64,000 nt of DNA from Tubulanus polymorphus (Eukaryota; Animalia; Nemertea): NCBI RefSeq assembly GCF_964204645.1, contig NC_134028.1, forward strand, positions 27,090,345 to 27,154,344, read 5' to 3'. A model generated the notes under the pieces. It worked only from the letters and a program-made list of their open reading frames with translations. It ran no database searches and was not told the DNA's origin. Of this stretch, positions 15,001 through 27,564 are shown in pieces. Made by a program: the position numbers and the translations under genes. Each line of letters begins with the position of its first letter. Position 1 is the first letter of the stretch.

Positions 15001-16872
15001 CGTCGACTGACGGACGATACCAGCCCAATTAAAGTTCAGTTTACTTAGTCCTATAGCTCAGCTTCATATGACTTCCTATTGAAAATGATCGGATAGGGGG
15101 CGAGTCGGGGTCGGGTCGGGTTGGATCGGGGTCGGGTCGGGTCGGGTTATGTTAATGAGAAATGAACTAACTCTTACGCTATTGTGTTAGGTTCAATTTT
15201 ATCGGGTCCTATTTTAGCAAATTGGAGCATTTAAGGATAATATTTGATGGTGAGGTATCGAGCCACACTAACTGGGATAGTTCTATTGTTAACACATTAC
15301 CAGTTCATTATTGTGACTCGGTTCATCTTGTCCCAACTCAGATACCACTTAACCAGTCAAATATAATGAAACCTATAAGCGCTCTCGTAAATTAATGAAA
15401 CTTCCTTTCATTCTGAATTCCCTGTGGTGCGTTCGACAATTCGTATTGTTTAACACAATGTATTATTCAGGTAAGTTTTCCGCGACTTCGCGAATTATTA
15501 TCGGTATTGCGCTGCTGCAGAATCGACTGAGAATTCTACAGCTATTTACATCAATCGTTATAAATAAATACTTCAGGAGAAGTGTCACAAACAGCTATAT
15601 TTCAAATTTCAAAGTTTAAGCCTAATACAATAATCATCATTAATAGTGGTTTCTCAATTTATAGTAACATTCATGTTTTCCTATGAATTTTTAATGATTA
15701 CATCACGGTATAGCAATCAGCGTCAAAAACAAGCGCTTAAAATGTGTCGTGTTAAAGGTTTTAATTCGAGTTAAACAAATAATTCCGTAAACTCGATGCC
15801 GATCACACAGCTATGTTTGTACTCTGATTTTCGATTTCAAGATTAAACCCCCTGTTTCGCGCCCGGCAGGTGTGGTGGGTTTGTAAGGGACACCAAATCA
15901 AAACAAACGAAATCTACCAATTAAATAAACGTCAGGGTCAATCCCTATTTTAAGATCAAAAGGATAAATCCCGTTGTCACACGAATTGTTGTTCTTCACG
16001 AATTGAATTTGATCATTAATGGGATTAGATCCAACTCGAGGCGCTCTAGTTTACCTGTGCGCTAGACGCTTCAGTTTAGATCGTACCATACTAAAGCCCA
16101 ACGACACGAAAATAAATGTGAGTGTTGATGTGTTTTTGAGTTTTGCCGCGTGCGGGTAAAACTCTACTCAAAAAGTTTCGTCAAAAACGTGTTTAGGTGT
16201 CGGGTTTAGGTGTTGGTGCGATGGGCTAGAAATATTTAGAGATTCATACCATATTTCAATTGTACATCAAATGACTTATCGGTCACGTTTAATCACGTTA
16301 CCTAATCCTTAAATTCTTATACATCTTTTAATTCCAGAAACCGCTATTGTAATTCCATTTATTTACTTCCCTTTCAATCGATTGCGTAGCTTTAAAGCGT
16401 CGGTATAATTTATTGCGCGTACGCAAAAAAATTAATTAGAAAAGTGAAAGTTAAAAATATTGCAATAAACTCAACTGGATGAAATTGTAAATATCAGTGA
16501 GACTCACGTGAAACTGCATTGAGCGCAATGTAACTGACATTCACTGCTGGTTAATATCTGTGACGTCAGGTAAAATCCGGGAGACGTAGTCAGCAGACGA
16601 GTATCGGTGGTTCCATTCCAGATAGTGTAGCACCCAACTTCGCCTTGTTAGAAAAAAAGATGATGAAATTTTGGAACAACGGTCTTATTGATATATCTTA
16701 TTGATATATCTTATTGATATATCTTATCGATATATCTTATTGATATATCTTTAATGAAATGATGTCAGTGTGAAATTTAATATCGGAACTTACTCGCGTT
16801 AATGAATCTCGTAGTGATAATTAGCAAAATCAGGAGAGCTTCTGTTGCTGTTGCTGTTATTCGCTGTATCAT
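1..16872 (-). CDS. Polycystin-1-like / REJ-domain receptor, 5' part (about 20 exons; continues beyond position 1). Order: signal peptide, WSC, PKD repeats with inserted domains (including PAN/apple and F5/8 type C), REJ module
   Basis: Exon 16794-16872 encodes a signal peptide (MIQRITATATEALLILLIITTRFINA). Exons ~16508-16644 and ~14268-14447 give a WSC-like Cys pattern (GCY...C..C...ASLEGDFCMCG...C...C...CG). There are many PKD motifs (FAYGDG, WSDG, INWGDG, WEFGDD followed by H.Y...Y.V.....N), mostly in the 2909-5839 exon. REJ-like text includes GGINGGPYQ..YDPD..WFC and PPNVDNTTCTVTPENGTALETRFNMEC. GT-AG boundaries and frames were checked by eye for most exons. Confidence 0.88.
2600..2722. 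repeat. 21-bp tandem repeat (CCCAGTCCTGGCAATGTTCCA), about 6 copies
   Basis: Visible periodicity in a polycystin intron. Confidence 0.9.
11110..11194. repeat. ~85-bp near-perfect hairpin / inverted repeat
   Basis: TAGATATTTAAGACCGTTACAGCAGTGATATATAGAGA pairs with TCTCTATATATCACTACTGTGACGGTCTTAAAAATCTA. Confidence 0.8.
16683..16751. repeat. 13-bp tandem repeat (CTTATTGATATAT) x5
   Basis: Visible periodicity. Confidence 0.9.
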
Positions 16873-17659
16873 GATTTCTGATTATTTACACGATGTTTAT
16901 GATGTTCACATATCTACAAGAATAAACATCAACTCGTAATACGTCAACAAAAACGACCAACAGAGGCGGATCCTATTATTAATACGTTATTTACAATTTG
17001 AAGGGGGGTGGGCAAATGTAGGCAATGAGTTACTATACAATACTTAGATGGCGAAGTTGTTCCAGGACCAACTTTGCGAAACCATTAGAGGGGGCTCTGG
17101 GGATCCTTCTCCATAAACATTCAGGAAAAATAAATGAAACGAGCTTCATTCTGAGCTCACTTTTGCAACATAACAGAAAGAAAATAATCTAATCGGTGAA
17201 GAAGATTCGGTCAATTCCCCCTTAACGCGGCTACCATCGAGCAAACTAAGTTTTTTGTACACATGTATATATGGCGGGTTGAAAAAGTCCTGGATCTGCC
17301 CCTGCTCTTTGTACGAACTGGTACATTCCACTAACAATACGGTTATAACGAAGATTCTTTATGAAGATTACTTCGATTCTTACGAATGTAATATTGACTC
17401 ATCAATTCTTTAATTGGATGATTTCCATAGAAAATTCAATCTACACAATCAGACGGATGATGAATCAGATGCTATTTTCAAAGTATTTCCAAGATTTCAT
17501 TAGTTTCATCCAAGACGTCAACAAATCAAGCCGCTGCCGGATGTAACTGGATGTAACCGGTCTAAATCTAGTATAAAACGAGCTGTTCAATTAACAGCCG
17601 ACCCATCAACACTTCAAAATAGAAACAGACATCATAACCATTCAAAACTTCTATATACG

Positions 17660-18253
17660 TACAAATCCAACGTTGAAACATGATTCCAAACAATTCAAGA
17701 AAATGTACGTCGTTTCGAACTCTCATCAGAGTCTACCGCCGTGTATGAGACGATTTCATAGACTTGTATTAGATCTAATCCGGGGTTGATTAACTAAATT
17801 CAATTCGATTTGGTTAGCCAGGTTTGAAGCCGACAACAGTCAACCTGCCAACAGGTCCACCACTCTACCCCTACAGTATCTCAGCAAATATACTGGATGC
17901 GTTCACCATCAAATTTCAACAAGAGCCCCTGTGCCTCGGCCCTTGTTAACTTACCCGATTTAGTTATTGAGTATTTCCTCTCGAAGTCTGCAATAGTTGA
18001 ACATGATGCGCGGGCTCAGGTAACTATTCAGTGAATGGTGTGTTTGCGCGCGCCGTGACGCGTGAGAGTGAATCCATCCATAATACATCATTTGACCATG
18101 ACGTCACTCGCGACACTGAGGCTATAGTTGAGGCCGCCGCCGGTATATTCTGCAGAAAGGTGTTCATCCGAATCCGTAAAGTCTCCGACTTAGATAAAAG
18201 CGTCGAGGGCGATATTTACGTAGAAAACGGTTGAAGTGATTTTATAGGCCTCA
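17660..18253 (-). pseudogene. Decayed exon relics with VWA-like and HYR-like motifs
   Basis: 17955-18253 has an AG acceptor and GTAAGT donor and reads ...VNIALDAFI*VGDF..AEYTGGGLNYSL...K*CIMDGFTLTRHGARKHTIH*IVT*. This resembles VWA Y.GGGTN..AL...F....GAR...IVITDG but has 4 in-frame stops. ~17690-17775 reads EIVSYTAVDSDESSKRRTFS*IV, resembling HYR V.YTA.D..GN...C.F.V.V. Confidence 0.45.
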
Positions 18254-18705
18254 CTATGAATATGAAATGAATTAATCGCGATAAAACGACATGTATGCCG
18301 GCAACATATGATGTGAATCGCGATATAATGTTTCATTAAGTTTATCATTTCGAATATTTTTATGTCCAATCTAGGCTAATGGATATCGTCGTTTTTTATA
18401 CCTGGCAATGGGTTTTGTTGGTGTAAACAGATTTTGATAGGGATTTGTTTGTGAATTGTGAATAATCGACAATCAATCGTTACTACCAAACTGTCCGGAC
18501 TACACATCTCCGTCTGACATCCGGGCCTGCTAGGGTGTCATTTTACTGTCAGCTCCTTGTTATTAGAATGAACTACCTCTAACATGTTAGAGTCTCCATT
18601 TGTCTCAACATTCGAATCCAGAACATTTCTTTTTATAAACTCATGGTGATCAATTTCTAACTTGTACTTTTTTATAATGTAGTTTTAGAAAGTGATGCTT
18701 TATTA

Positions 18706-20434
18706 TTACGATTTCCTATCGGTATCTGCCGCATCGTCAGAAATAAACGAAGATATTCGTACGGAGCTGATTGTACTGATCATTGACGGTGAGAGTGAAG
18801 GTTGTCTGGATCTCAGTAGCAGGTCCGGGGCGTGTAACAGTATACCATCGTTAATAGTTACATGACCGGTGTTCTTGTCACCGACTGATCCCGGTAAACA
18901 ACCGTCCTCGGTTCCTGCTGATCGTAGTGTCGATAACGATGAAACTGTTTTACACGCGGGTTTGTTCATTTGTCGAGATTTCGGCGGATAAATAAGGATG
19001 GGTTCTACTACCGCGGACGCGTTGGTCTGCAACCCCTCGCGACGTTTCATCTCGACAAATGACGTGGAATTCGGCGATATTCTAACGAGATTTCCCTGAC
19101 ATAATAACATCATTTTGAACGATTTTTTCAGATAGCTATGAACGGCTACGTTCAATATGGGATTATATAAGAGACAAGTGAAGGCTAGGGTGGCCACTAG
19201 TACACGGTACTCTGTACGTATCTTAAAATCGCACGAAGCCGAAATAATGGTGAACAATGAATCTGGCAGCCACGAAATCAGCGTCAAATGTATTATCAAC
19301 AACATGCGATATCCAACTGTTTTTTGCATCGATGAAGATTTATCATCGGATCGGTGAATGGAGGGCGAAATGACGTCAGCCGCCGAGCCGAAATATCTCC
19401 AACTTACGGTAGAAATGCGATTGAGACGGACTTGAGTTGCCACCTGTTTCATCTGACGATAGATGCGACGATAGCACACCGACATTACTAGAATGGGTAT
19501 CAGAAGTGTGATGAACATTCTCGATGTATTTAGTATAACAGACGCTGTTCCTCGAAACCCGATTGAATACGGGATAACAGTGGATATGGCTGTTATAACG
19601 ATCGACGCGATTTTGATACCCACCAAGTATCCCGTGTAGTGAGTTCTGCGCTGTATTTTACCGTGTTGTTGATTTCTACTGACCATCATATACCTGTTAA
19701 ACAATTTATAGAAGAAGCTTGAATTAATTCGAGAATTTCCAGCAAAAATCTGCATTTTAATTATCCTTTAGAATGATGCATAAATCAGGTATATCGAGCA
19801 AGAAACTGCTCTGAGCTTGTCGATATTAAATCATGTTTTAAAAAAAGCGAAATTTATCTCAACAATGGTGACCCGAAGGGATCGCCACAATACGGGGCGT
19901 AATATCGCTAACCCTAACCCTAGGTCGACCATAACCCTAACCCTAGCAGGACTCGAACCCGTGGTCCGCAGCATGTCAGCCAAACGTGCTAACCCCTAGA
20001 CCACAGACGAGTAGTGATTCACGGTGGTAGTAATTGTGCCTGGTCAGTGTGCTGACTTTTTTGCTGTGTATAAATAAACTCGGAAACTTATTTACTATTC
20101 AGACATGTTCCTACCTGTGAAATGCTGCAACTGTTAGCGTGAACGTATTCGCAGTACCGAGAAATCCAAAAATGAAATCAAATCCCACGAAGGCTATTTC
20201 GGCATTCTCAGCGCTACAGACAGCGATGATCAGGGTCGGATAAGCGATCAATCCCATCAGCAAGTCCAAAGCCAACGTATTCAGCACGAACGTATATGAC
20301 CAGAGTTTGGCACTGTTCGTCTTTAACAAGACGATAAACGAGACTAAATTCAGATATAAACCGATTAAAACTATGATCGTTAGTAAAACTAATATAACAA
20401 TAGTGGCATCAGATGGACGAATCCAAGTAGCCAT
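18706..20434 (-). CDS. Orphan rhodopsin-class (class A) GPCR, 2 exons (20115-20434, 18706-19693)
   Basis: Several hydrophobic segments consistent with a 7TM fold. TM1 GLYLN, TM2 LALD, TM3 HRY across the splice junction, TM5 Y..IY, TM6 SWLP, TM7 NPILN, and a long Ser-rich C-tail. A TATA-like TATAAAA lies about 115 bp upstream of the ATG. Confidence 0.85.
19900..20050 (-). mobile_element. tRNA-derived element with telomere-type repeat/spacer tail, copy 1 (in the GPCR intron)
   Basis: Minus strand has an A-box TGGTCTAGGGG and B-box GGTTCGAGTCC, resembling tRNA-Val. It is followed by CTAGGGTTAGGGTTA-N8-CTAGGGTTAGGGTTA and aligns without gaps to the copy at ~51.6 kb. Confidence 0.7.
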
Positions 20435-21557
20435 TGCTTTACTTTTGATTCCTATCAGGTGTTAGTAAATCAGCAAATCGTTATCATAAGATACCCCCCC
20501 TCAACAGTTTCCATATGAAGTCTACGGGTTTCTGCATCAACTTCTCACTTTTATATACGTGACGTGTGCAGTGCATTACATTACATAAAGTTTTCACAAT
20601 TTTAATATCATTATCACTTACTGATGACTGATATACTGTGCCTCTGCTGCCGAGGGTTTAGACGAGAGGTCTTAAGAGGTCCAGGCTGCTGACAATTGTT
20701 TGATGAGGTCCAGGCTACCGATTATTCTGGGGGATGCAGGATTCAGGCTGGATATCTCTGAGGGGTGGTGCAGGGTCCAACTGTAGATTAATCACTCACC
20801 AAAAATAAAATAGATTCAAAATGATTTTAGATGATTATATTTTATCTTTATTTCAAGGATATATGTTAAATGACAAGAGTTTAACGAATAATTCCTGATT
20901 TTGACAATCGAATGTTTATTAATTACTTATTTTGTATATACAGATAATAACGAAAATACTTAATAGAAAATGATACGTGATAAAGATGACCCGAATCCCT
21001 TGGCTCATAATCAATGTTCGGGCCTTAAAAGAAACTTATTACAGTTAAGTACCGGTAATTTGAAACACAAAAGGCCGGGTGCATTACCAGGGCTTGAATG
21101 AATCCTGTCAAATAAAATCCGATTTATCCAAACATGATTCACACGTGGATTCAGCAACTGATCGTGTTAAGAGTTCATGATCAGTGATTGATTGGAAAAA
21201 CCTCCTCATCAAAGCTCAACGTAGCTTTCCGAAAACTGATCCAAATTGTGAAAGCTCAAAGTGAAACTTGAAACTCATCTGTTCTCCTGCAGGGACAGTA
21301 TTTTTCTTGTCTCGTTTTGAACAAATCGTCAAATTTATTCTGTTATGCAACTCCCATTTATTTTGATGACACATGACTCGCATGACACATTACGATTCGG
21401 AAAATCAAATCTGAATTGACAGGATAAATTCGCCTTTTGGTCTCCACCTGAGGTAACGTGAGCTTAGGACAAGCTCTGGTAAGCGATGATGCGCCGCACG
21501 TAAGAAGCCACGTGACTGCATCCATTAACAGAACCCGGATAACAAGAATAATTCAAA

Positions 21558-24500
21558 TTAATGCTTATAAGAAGAAGCGATGATATTCTCTCCGCCGAGG
21601 TGAAATATCTTATCCAACCATCGATCGGGTAGATGAGATAACACGAATACTTTCAGCCGAACTCGTAAATTGGGGACATATCTGGATTTGGGTCTCTCGG
21701 AGCAAACCGCGTCCATCATTTCATCGACCACTTCATTCGGGTTAGGAAGACTCCGACTCAGTACTTTTCGGATGGTTCGTTTGATGAAATGGTCGAAATA
21801 AACTTGTCCGTAAGCTTGTTGTATTTCATGGGGTGAATTGTTCCAATGAGTTGTCGCTTCTTGAGTGACTCGATCGACCGCGGTCAGATTCGTGCTGAAA
21901 CAATATTTTCATGACTAGTTTGAAGTGACGTTTGATATCCATTACCCTATAATTCTAAGTTTATTTCTCAAAAAGAAATCATCACAAACTGATTATCTAA
22001 AAACGTTAATAAAGGTGCCCTAATAAACAGGCATGTAAGAGTCTTTGGTTACACGTAGAATAGAAATGAACTGAGTCTGGTTGAAATAATGCTGTCAAAC
22101 TCAGTCACGCATTTCACCAACTTATTATCAAACATTATTAGTAATGATCATACAAAATGAAGCGAAAAAAGACTTCAAATGAAATCGTCGATCTTTCTGT
22201 ATTTTTAAGCACTTTATTAAGATCAGAACCGGCTTAATCTAATTCTGCGTAACCAGCAATAGATGAAAACAAACTTTCATCAAATGGATTTTTTCTATCT
22301 TAGAATAGGGCGGACAAATAACAGGATTAACCCTGTTATTTGAAACAAGGAGTTTGATTTTGATATCGGAAATCGAAGTACAGACATTCGTGTGATGGGC
22401 GGTGGTAGTTATTAGTGGTACATATCAAACTAATGAATGAACTGATTCCTCCTGTAATGAGGTTGTGTTCTGTCACCGTTTATGTCTGTTTGTTAATAAC
22501 CAGTTAATCGAACACACTGAGTTTGGGCCGTTTTAAGGCTATGCTACGCGTTCCCTGTCGTCAGTTCGTGTAGCTCGGGGCATACTACTGAAACTCATTG
22601 AAAGGAAATTACTTTACATTTGTTACTCCTGAGTGTGATTATAATCAGGCTTAAGAAATGCCATCAAATATATAAGCGCGTAGTCTTTCTGACTGCGTAT
22701 TATAATGGACCAATGATAGGAATTGTCTCATCGTAGTTCAAAAAATGGAAGAGAAAACAATAAAAAATTCAGACCTTTTACATTCATTACCCGAAGAACT
22801 TCGAGGTTATGTACTATCGGCTCTCAATATACGACCGTCCTTTACCCATAACTCTCTGCGCTATTTCTGAATAGCACAATCGCGTTATTTTCACGCGTCT
22901 GCGATTCTATGTAGATATATCACCAACACTGTGACACCAGGCCAACACTAGGATAATTACGTTTATCACCAGGCCAACACTAGGGTTTCTGCGTTTATTA
23001 CCAGGCCAAAACTAGGGTTTCTGCGTTTATTACCAGGCCAAAACTAGGGTTTCTGCGTTTATTAAACAGGCCAAAACTAGGGTTTCTGCGTTTATTACCA
23101 GGCCAAAACTAGGGTTTCTGCGTTTATTCACCAGGCCAAAACTAGGGTTTCTGCGTTTATTAAACAGGCCAACACTAGGGTTTCTGCGTTTATTCACAAG
23201 GCCAACACTAGGGTTTCTGCGTTTATTCACCAGGCCAAAACTAGGGTTTCTGCGTTTATTCACCAGGCCAAAACTAGGGTTTCTGCGTTTATTAAACAGG
23301 CCAACACTAGGGTTACTGCGTTTATTCACAAGGCCAAAACTAGGGTTTCTGCGTTTATTCACCAGGCCAAAACTAGGGTTTCTGCGTTTATTAAACAGGC
23401 CAACACTAGGGTTTCTGCGTTTATTCACCAGGCCAAAACTAGGGTTTCTGCGTTTATTCACCAGGCCAAAACTAGGGTTTCTGCGTTTATTAAACAGGCC
23501 AACACTAGGGTTTCTGCGTTTATTCACAAGGCCAACACTAGGGTTTCTGCGTTTATTCACCAGGCCAAAACTAGGGTTTCTGCGTTTATTCACCAGGCCA
23601 AAACTAGGGTTTCTGCGTTTATTAAACAGGCCAACACTAGGGTTTCTGCGTTTATTCACAAGGCCAAAACTAGGGTTTCTGCGTTTATTCACCAGGCCAA
23701 AACTAGGGTTTCTGCGTTTATTAAACAGGCCAAAACTAGGGTTTCTGCGTTTATTCACCAGGCCAAAACTAGGGTTTCTGCGTTTATTCACCAGGCCAAA
23801 ACTAGGGTTTCTGCGTTTATTAAACAGGCCAACACTAGGGTTTCTGCGTTTATTCACCAGGCCAAAACTAGGGTTGCTGCGTTTATTAAACAGGCCAACA
23901 CTAGGGTTTCTGCGTTTATTCACCAGGCCAAAACTAGGGTTTCTGCGTTTATTCACCAGGCCAACACTAGGGTTTCTGCGTTTATTCACCAGGCCAACAC
24001 TAGGGTTTCTGCGTTTATTCACAAGGCCAACACTAGGGTTTTTGCGTTTATTAAACAGGCCAACACTAGGGTTACTACGTTAATTCACCAGGCCAACTAA
24101 ATTCTAATTCTCTAAACCCTGAACCCTCTAAACCCTCAAACCCAAACCCTAACCCAATTAGAGTTTACAGGGTTAGGGTTTTTTAGGGGGGGGTTAAGCT
24201 TTAGAGTACCACAATCGCACGCTATCCTTTTGCGATCATATACGATCGTATGAATCGCATTTTACGTTAGTGATATTCAATTCATATAATTGTAGAATTG
24301 TAGAATAGCGTTCTGAAACCATAGAATCGCACATTACACTTTATTTTCTTAAATTATTCTTGAATAGAATCGATCGCAAATACTGTGAGATTGTGCTATT
24401 CAGAAATACCACACAGTTTTCTATTCACCTGTAAAGGGTCGGTTCTACAGTGCTGACCATCACTTCAAACGCGGCCATTTCTCTCCTCAGACAGTCAGAG

Positions 24501-26142
24501 AACGCGATACACGCGCTTTTAGACATCGCGTACGCGCAATACAGAGGTAGATTGAACCTGCCTGAAATTATATATTGAAAATAATACTTCACTTCAAAAC
24601 TTAACGAAAAATGACGAGTTATGTGACCTAAGTGTACTAATAACCGATCGTTAAGTCGTAGCCAATAAACAGCGATCGTACACATCACGTGACTTAGGCG
24701 TTCGGTTCAAAAAGATCGCGGATCTCAGGTGAACCGAGTGTAGCTGAGATCCAACAAACTAGTCTTCGTCGAATCGGTGACTCGACTTCGTGATGTGTGA
24801 CATCAGTGTTCTTAAAACCGAATAGCAGACGACAATCGGATCGGATGTTAGCGCCACCTGGTGATACCTGCGAGACTCGCTACGTTGATCACTCGTCCTC
24901 GAGACTTTCGTAACATCGGTAGAAATGTTTTCGTCACTCGAACGACTCCCATCACGTTCACCGACATCATCCTTTCAAATTCAGAAGCGGGTGTCCATTC
25001 GAGCGGGCTGAACACAGCAACACCTGCATTATTTACTACTGCCCACAAATCTACATAAAGAAATCCACATTCGTTATACTTTATTCGTTATAACTTAAAA
25101 GATTATAGAAAATTAATGAAAATCGTAAAATCGATTGAAATCGACTTTAAAAGCTGTGTGTGTGTTCATTGTTTTGATATTAAGATAGGAATCAGTGGCC
25201 CTCTTATTTATTTGATTGGTAAATTTAATCTAATTTCACTTGATTTGGTGTCTCGAAATTTCTTCCATCCAGCCGGATCGGAGATAATTAATCAAATACA
25301 TCGATATTTGGAAATAACTACATTTCAATGTTAACTAGTAGAATATAGTTAAAGTTTATTTGTGATAGGTTGATGTTACACAGACGTGTGCTACATGGGT
25401 AAAAACTGGTCCAAATCTTAACTCGCAACTATGGAACTAGAATCAGAATTTCGACTGTGAAACTGAATTCAATTCTGATACCTTTATCTCCCAAATTCGA
25501 CTCTATGAATTCCTTCGCCGCGGTTACGTCAGATTCTTTCGTGACGTCACACTTGATGACGTGTATGTTTTCGGTGTATTGGAGTTCTTTAGCCCCGCCC
25601 TCACACGGGTTCAAACACGCCGCAAACACTAAACAATCCAATGATGATAGTCGTTTCGCTGTTAAATGTCCAAAACCACTGTCACAACCTGGAATTATAG
25701 ATAGATAGGACCTTTTTCGCTTTGGCTTAAAGTCGGTACTTTGAATATCTGTTACATTTACAATAAAACCGCTTAATGATACTGAACAAACAGATGACGT
25801 CACTCGGCAAACGGATTCTTAGTTCACAGTTACCTTGAATAATTTAGTATTAAGTCGACGAAACAGTGTTTGACTTATCGACAAAATTCTCTTTAATTCC
25901 AGCGCAATCGAAGATTATTAACGATTAAACATCTTACCTGTGATAAAAACAGCTTTTCCCGATACTGATAGGTGCGGAGGTCGCCTCCAACTGAGGAAGG
26001 CGACCCAAATAGTCAGTAGAGTACACAGAACAGTAGCTGAGAGGATACTTTCAATATCGGCAAATCCGTTAGTCAACCAGGAAAGCCAAACTAACGTTAC
26101 ACCGATAGTTACCACAATAAACCTATATCCGCGTGGAATCAT
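21558..26142 (-). CDS. Short-chain dehydrogenase/reductase, RDH / 17-beta-HSD6 / BDH1-like, with an N-terminal membrane anchor; 5 coding exons (25938-26142, 25482-25688, 24868-25050, 24429-24561, 21558-21894)
   Basis: Rossmann motif VFITGCDSGFG, LWAVVNNAGV, GRVINVAS, catalytic YAMSK, VEP and the C-terminal P..RY motif. Splice phases are consistent through to the TAA at 21558. Confidence 0.92.
22854..24416. mobile_element. TIR-bounded non-autonomous element containing a 30-bp minisatellite
   Basis: TATTTCTGAATAGCACAATC (22862-22881) and its exact reverse complement GATTGTGCTATTCAGAAATA (24389-24408) bracket the array. The imperfect match extends to about 28 bp. Confidence 0.7.
22937..24098. 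repeat. 30-bp tandem repeat (CCAGGCCAAMACTAGGGTTTCTGCGTTTATT-type), about 38 copies
   Basis: Directly visible periodicity. It explains the spurious NKRRNPSFGL ORF. Confidence 0.97.
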
Positions 26143-27365
26143 TTTCAAGCGACTGAAATAGAAACGACATTGATTTTATTACCAGAGCTCAATACACCTC
26201 CACAGCCGGCTTCTATAGATCAGTCAAAAACCCACTGCATAAAGAAAAAAATAGCGTGTCAACCCAATTCTAGGGCCTTTTTTAAACTGAAAAAAATGAC
26301 CCAATGCACATTTCGTTTTTCTATATTATTGTAGGTTTTTTGCTGCAAAACGCCTCAGTTATCTGAAGATGTTTAATGGATTAAGTAAATAAAGTAACGT
26401 GTTCAGTGATTTTTCGGTTAATACATTGGGAATATAGGTTAAAATCACAACTTACGATTGTTAGTTGAATATTGGGGCAATAGATCCACAGTTATCGGGT
26501 TTGTCGCTACAAGGGTTGATACTGGAAATAAACGTGTGTCTGATCGAGTATTATCTAACTCACTAGCTCCATTAGTATTGGTTTTGAACTAATCGCAGTC
26601 AGCTATCAATGGATTATTGTAGCAGTCCTCATAACCATTGCCTCAGTGCATTATTGATATATTATTATATCAGTATTTAGATGTATAGTTATAATATCTA
26701 CCCGTAGCTTTTATGATTGGATCTATATATGTTTTCAATGCCTCGACCTATATTCACAACCAGTGTTTACACATTGAACTGTCGTATCGATTCGATAACA
26801 CAACTACTTCATTCGAGTTTTCCGTTGTTTTGTAACTGATAAGGTTTTTAGAGCTCTTACCGCGAGAACTCTGTCCGACGAACTCAAGCTAAAAGGCAAA
26901 TTTTGAGGTCTCTAGTGAATCTATCGATGCCAGCAGTATAAATACGACCATTATTTGGTAGATAAAGGAAGTAAATCTGTCGGCACCGCTGACCTGAATT
27001 CAATAAACACTTTTAAATCGTCGGGTGTTTCCACTTTGTTGAATGCATTCGGAGCGGCGGTCCTAGACATCTCTGAGTCCTCCAGCGTTCCAAACGAATT
27101 CAACTACACTAGTATCATCTGTTCAACCACTTGTCTTGGAGTAATTATCTTGACAAGAAGATTAAATTGACAAGATTGACCAGATGACAAGATTGATTGG
27201 AGTAAGTTAGAGTTTAGTGGTACCACCCAATGTATCCACTACCCTACTACTCTCGTGGTGGACTCCAACGCGAACTCCGGCTCCCCTTTCCCCGGCGGAT
27301 GAATGGTTCACGGAGCAATCCATAACTGATTCGAACTGAACCCTGGCACGTTACCGCCGCACTAA

Positions 27366-27396
27366 CCGCTAGATGGCACTGCTAACTAGGAAGTGA
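27366..27396. promoter_or_regulatory. CTCF-like motif plus ETS-like GGAAGT in the divergent SDR/SNX29 promoter region
   Basis: CCGCTAGATGGCAC at 27366-27379 fits the CTCF core CC.C.AGRKGGCR. GGAAGTG follows at 27389. Confidence 0.4.
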
Positions 27397-27564
27397 AAAT
27401 TTCAGGGATTTTGACATTTATGAAAACAACTCATAACTGCAGTTAGGTTACTATCTGAGGGCCGATGTCAGGACTGATTCTAGTAGCGATTCCGTTGGTC
27501 TAATAATAAACCCTGCCCCGAAAAAGGAGAAATGATCGATTAAAACAGTGCCACTGGGTTTAAT

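Noticed and set aside
19945-20012. Functional tRNA-Val gene or telomerase RNA template (CTAACCCTAA)
   Set aside because: The acceptor and anticodon stems do not pair properly. The motif occurs in a dispersed two-copy element with no evident pseudoknot or H/ACA domain.
23030-24022. 330-aa ORF of NKRRNPSFGL repeats resembling a neuropeptide precursor with KR/RR cleavage sites
   Set aside because: It is the translation of an intronic 30-bp minisatellite inside a TIR element. It has no signal peptide, no ATG start and no unique flanking coding sequence.
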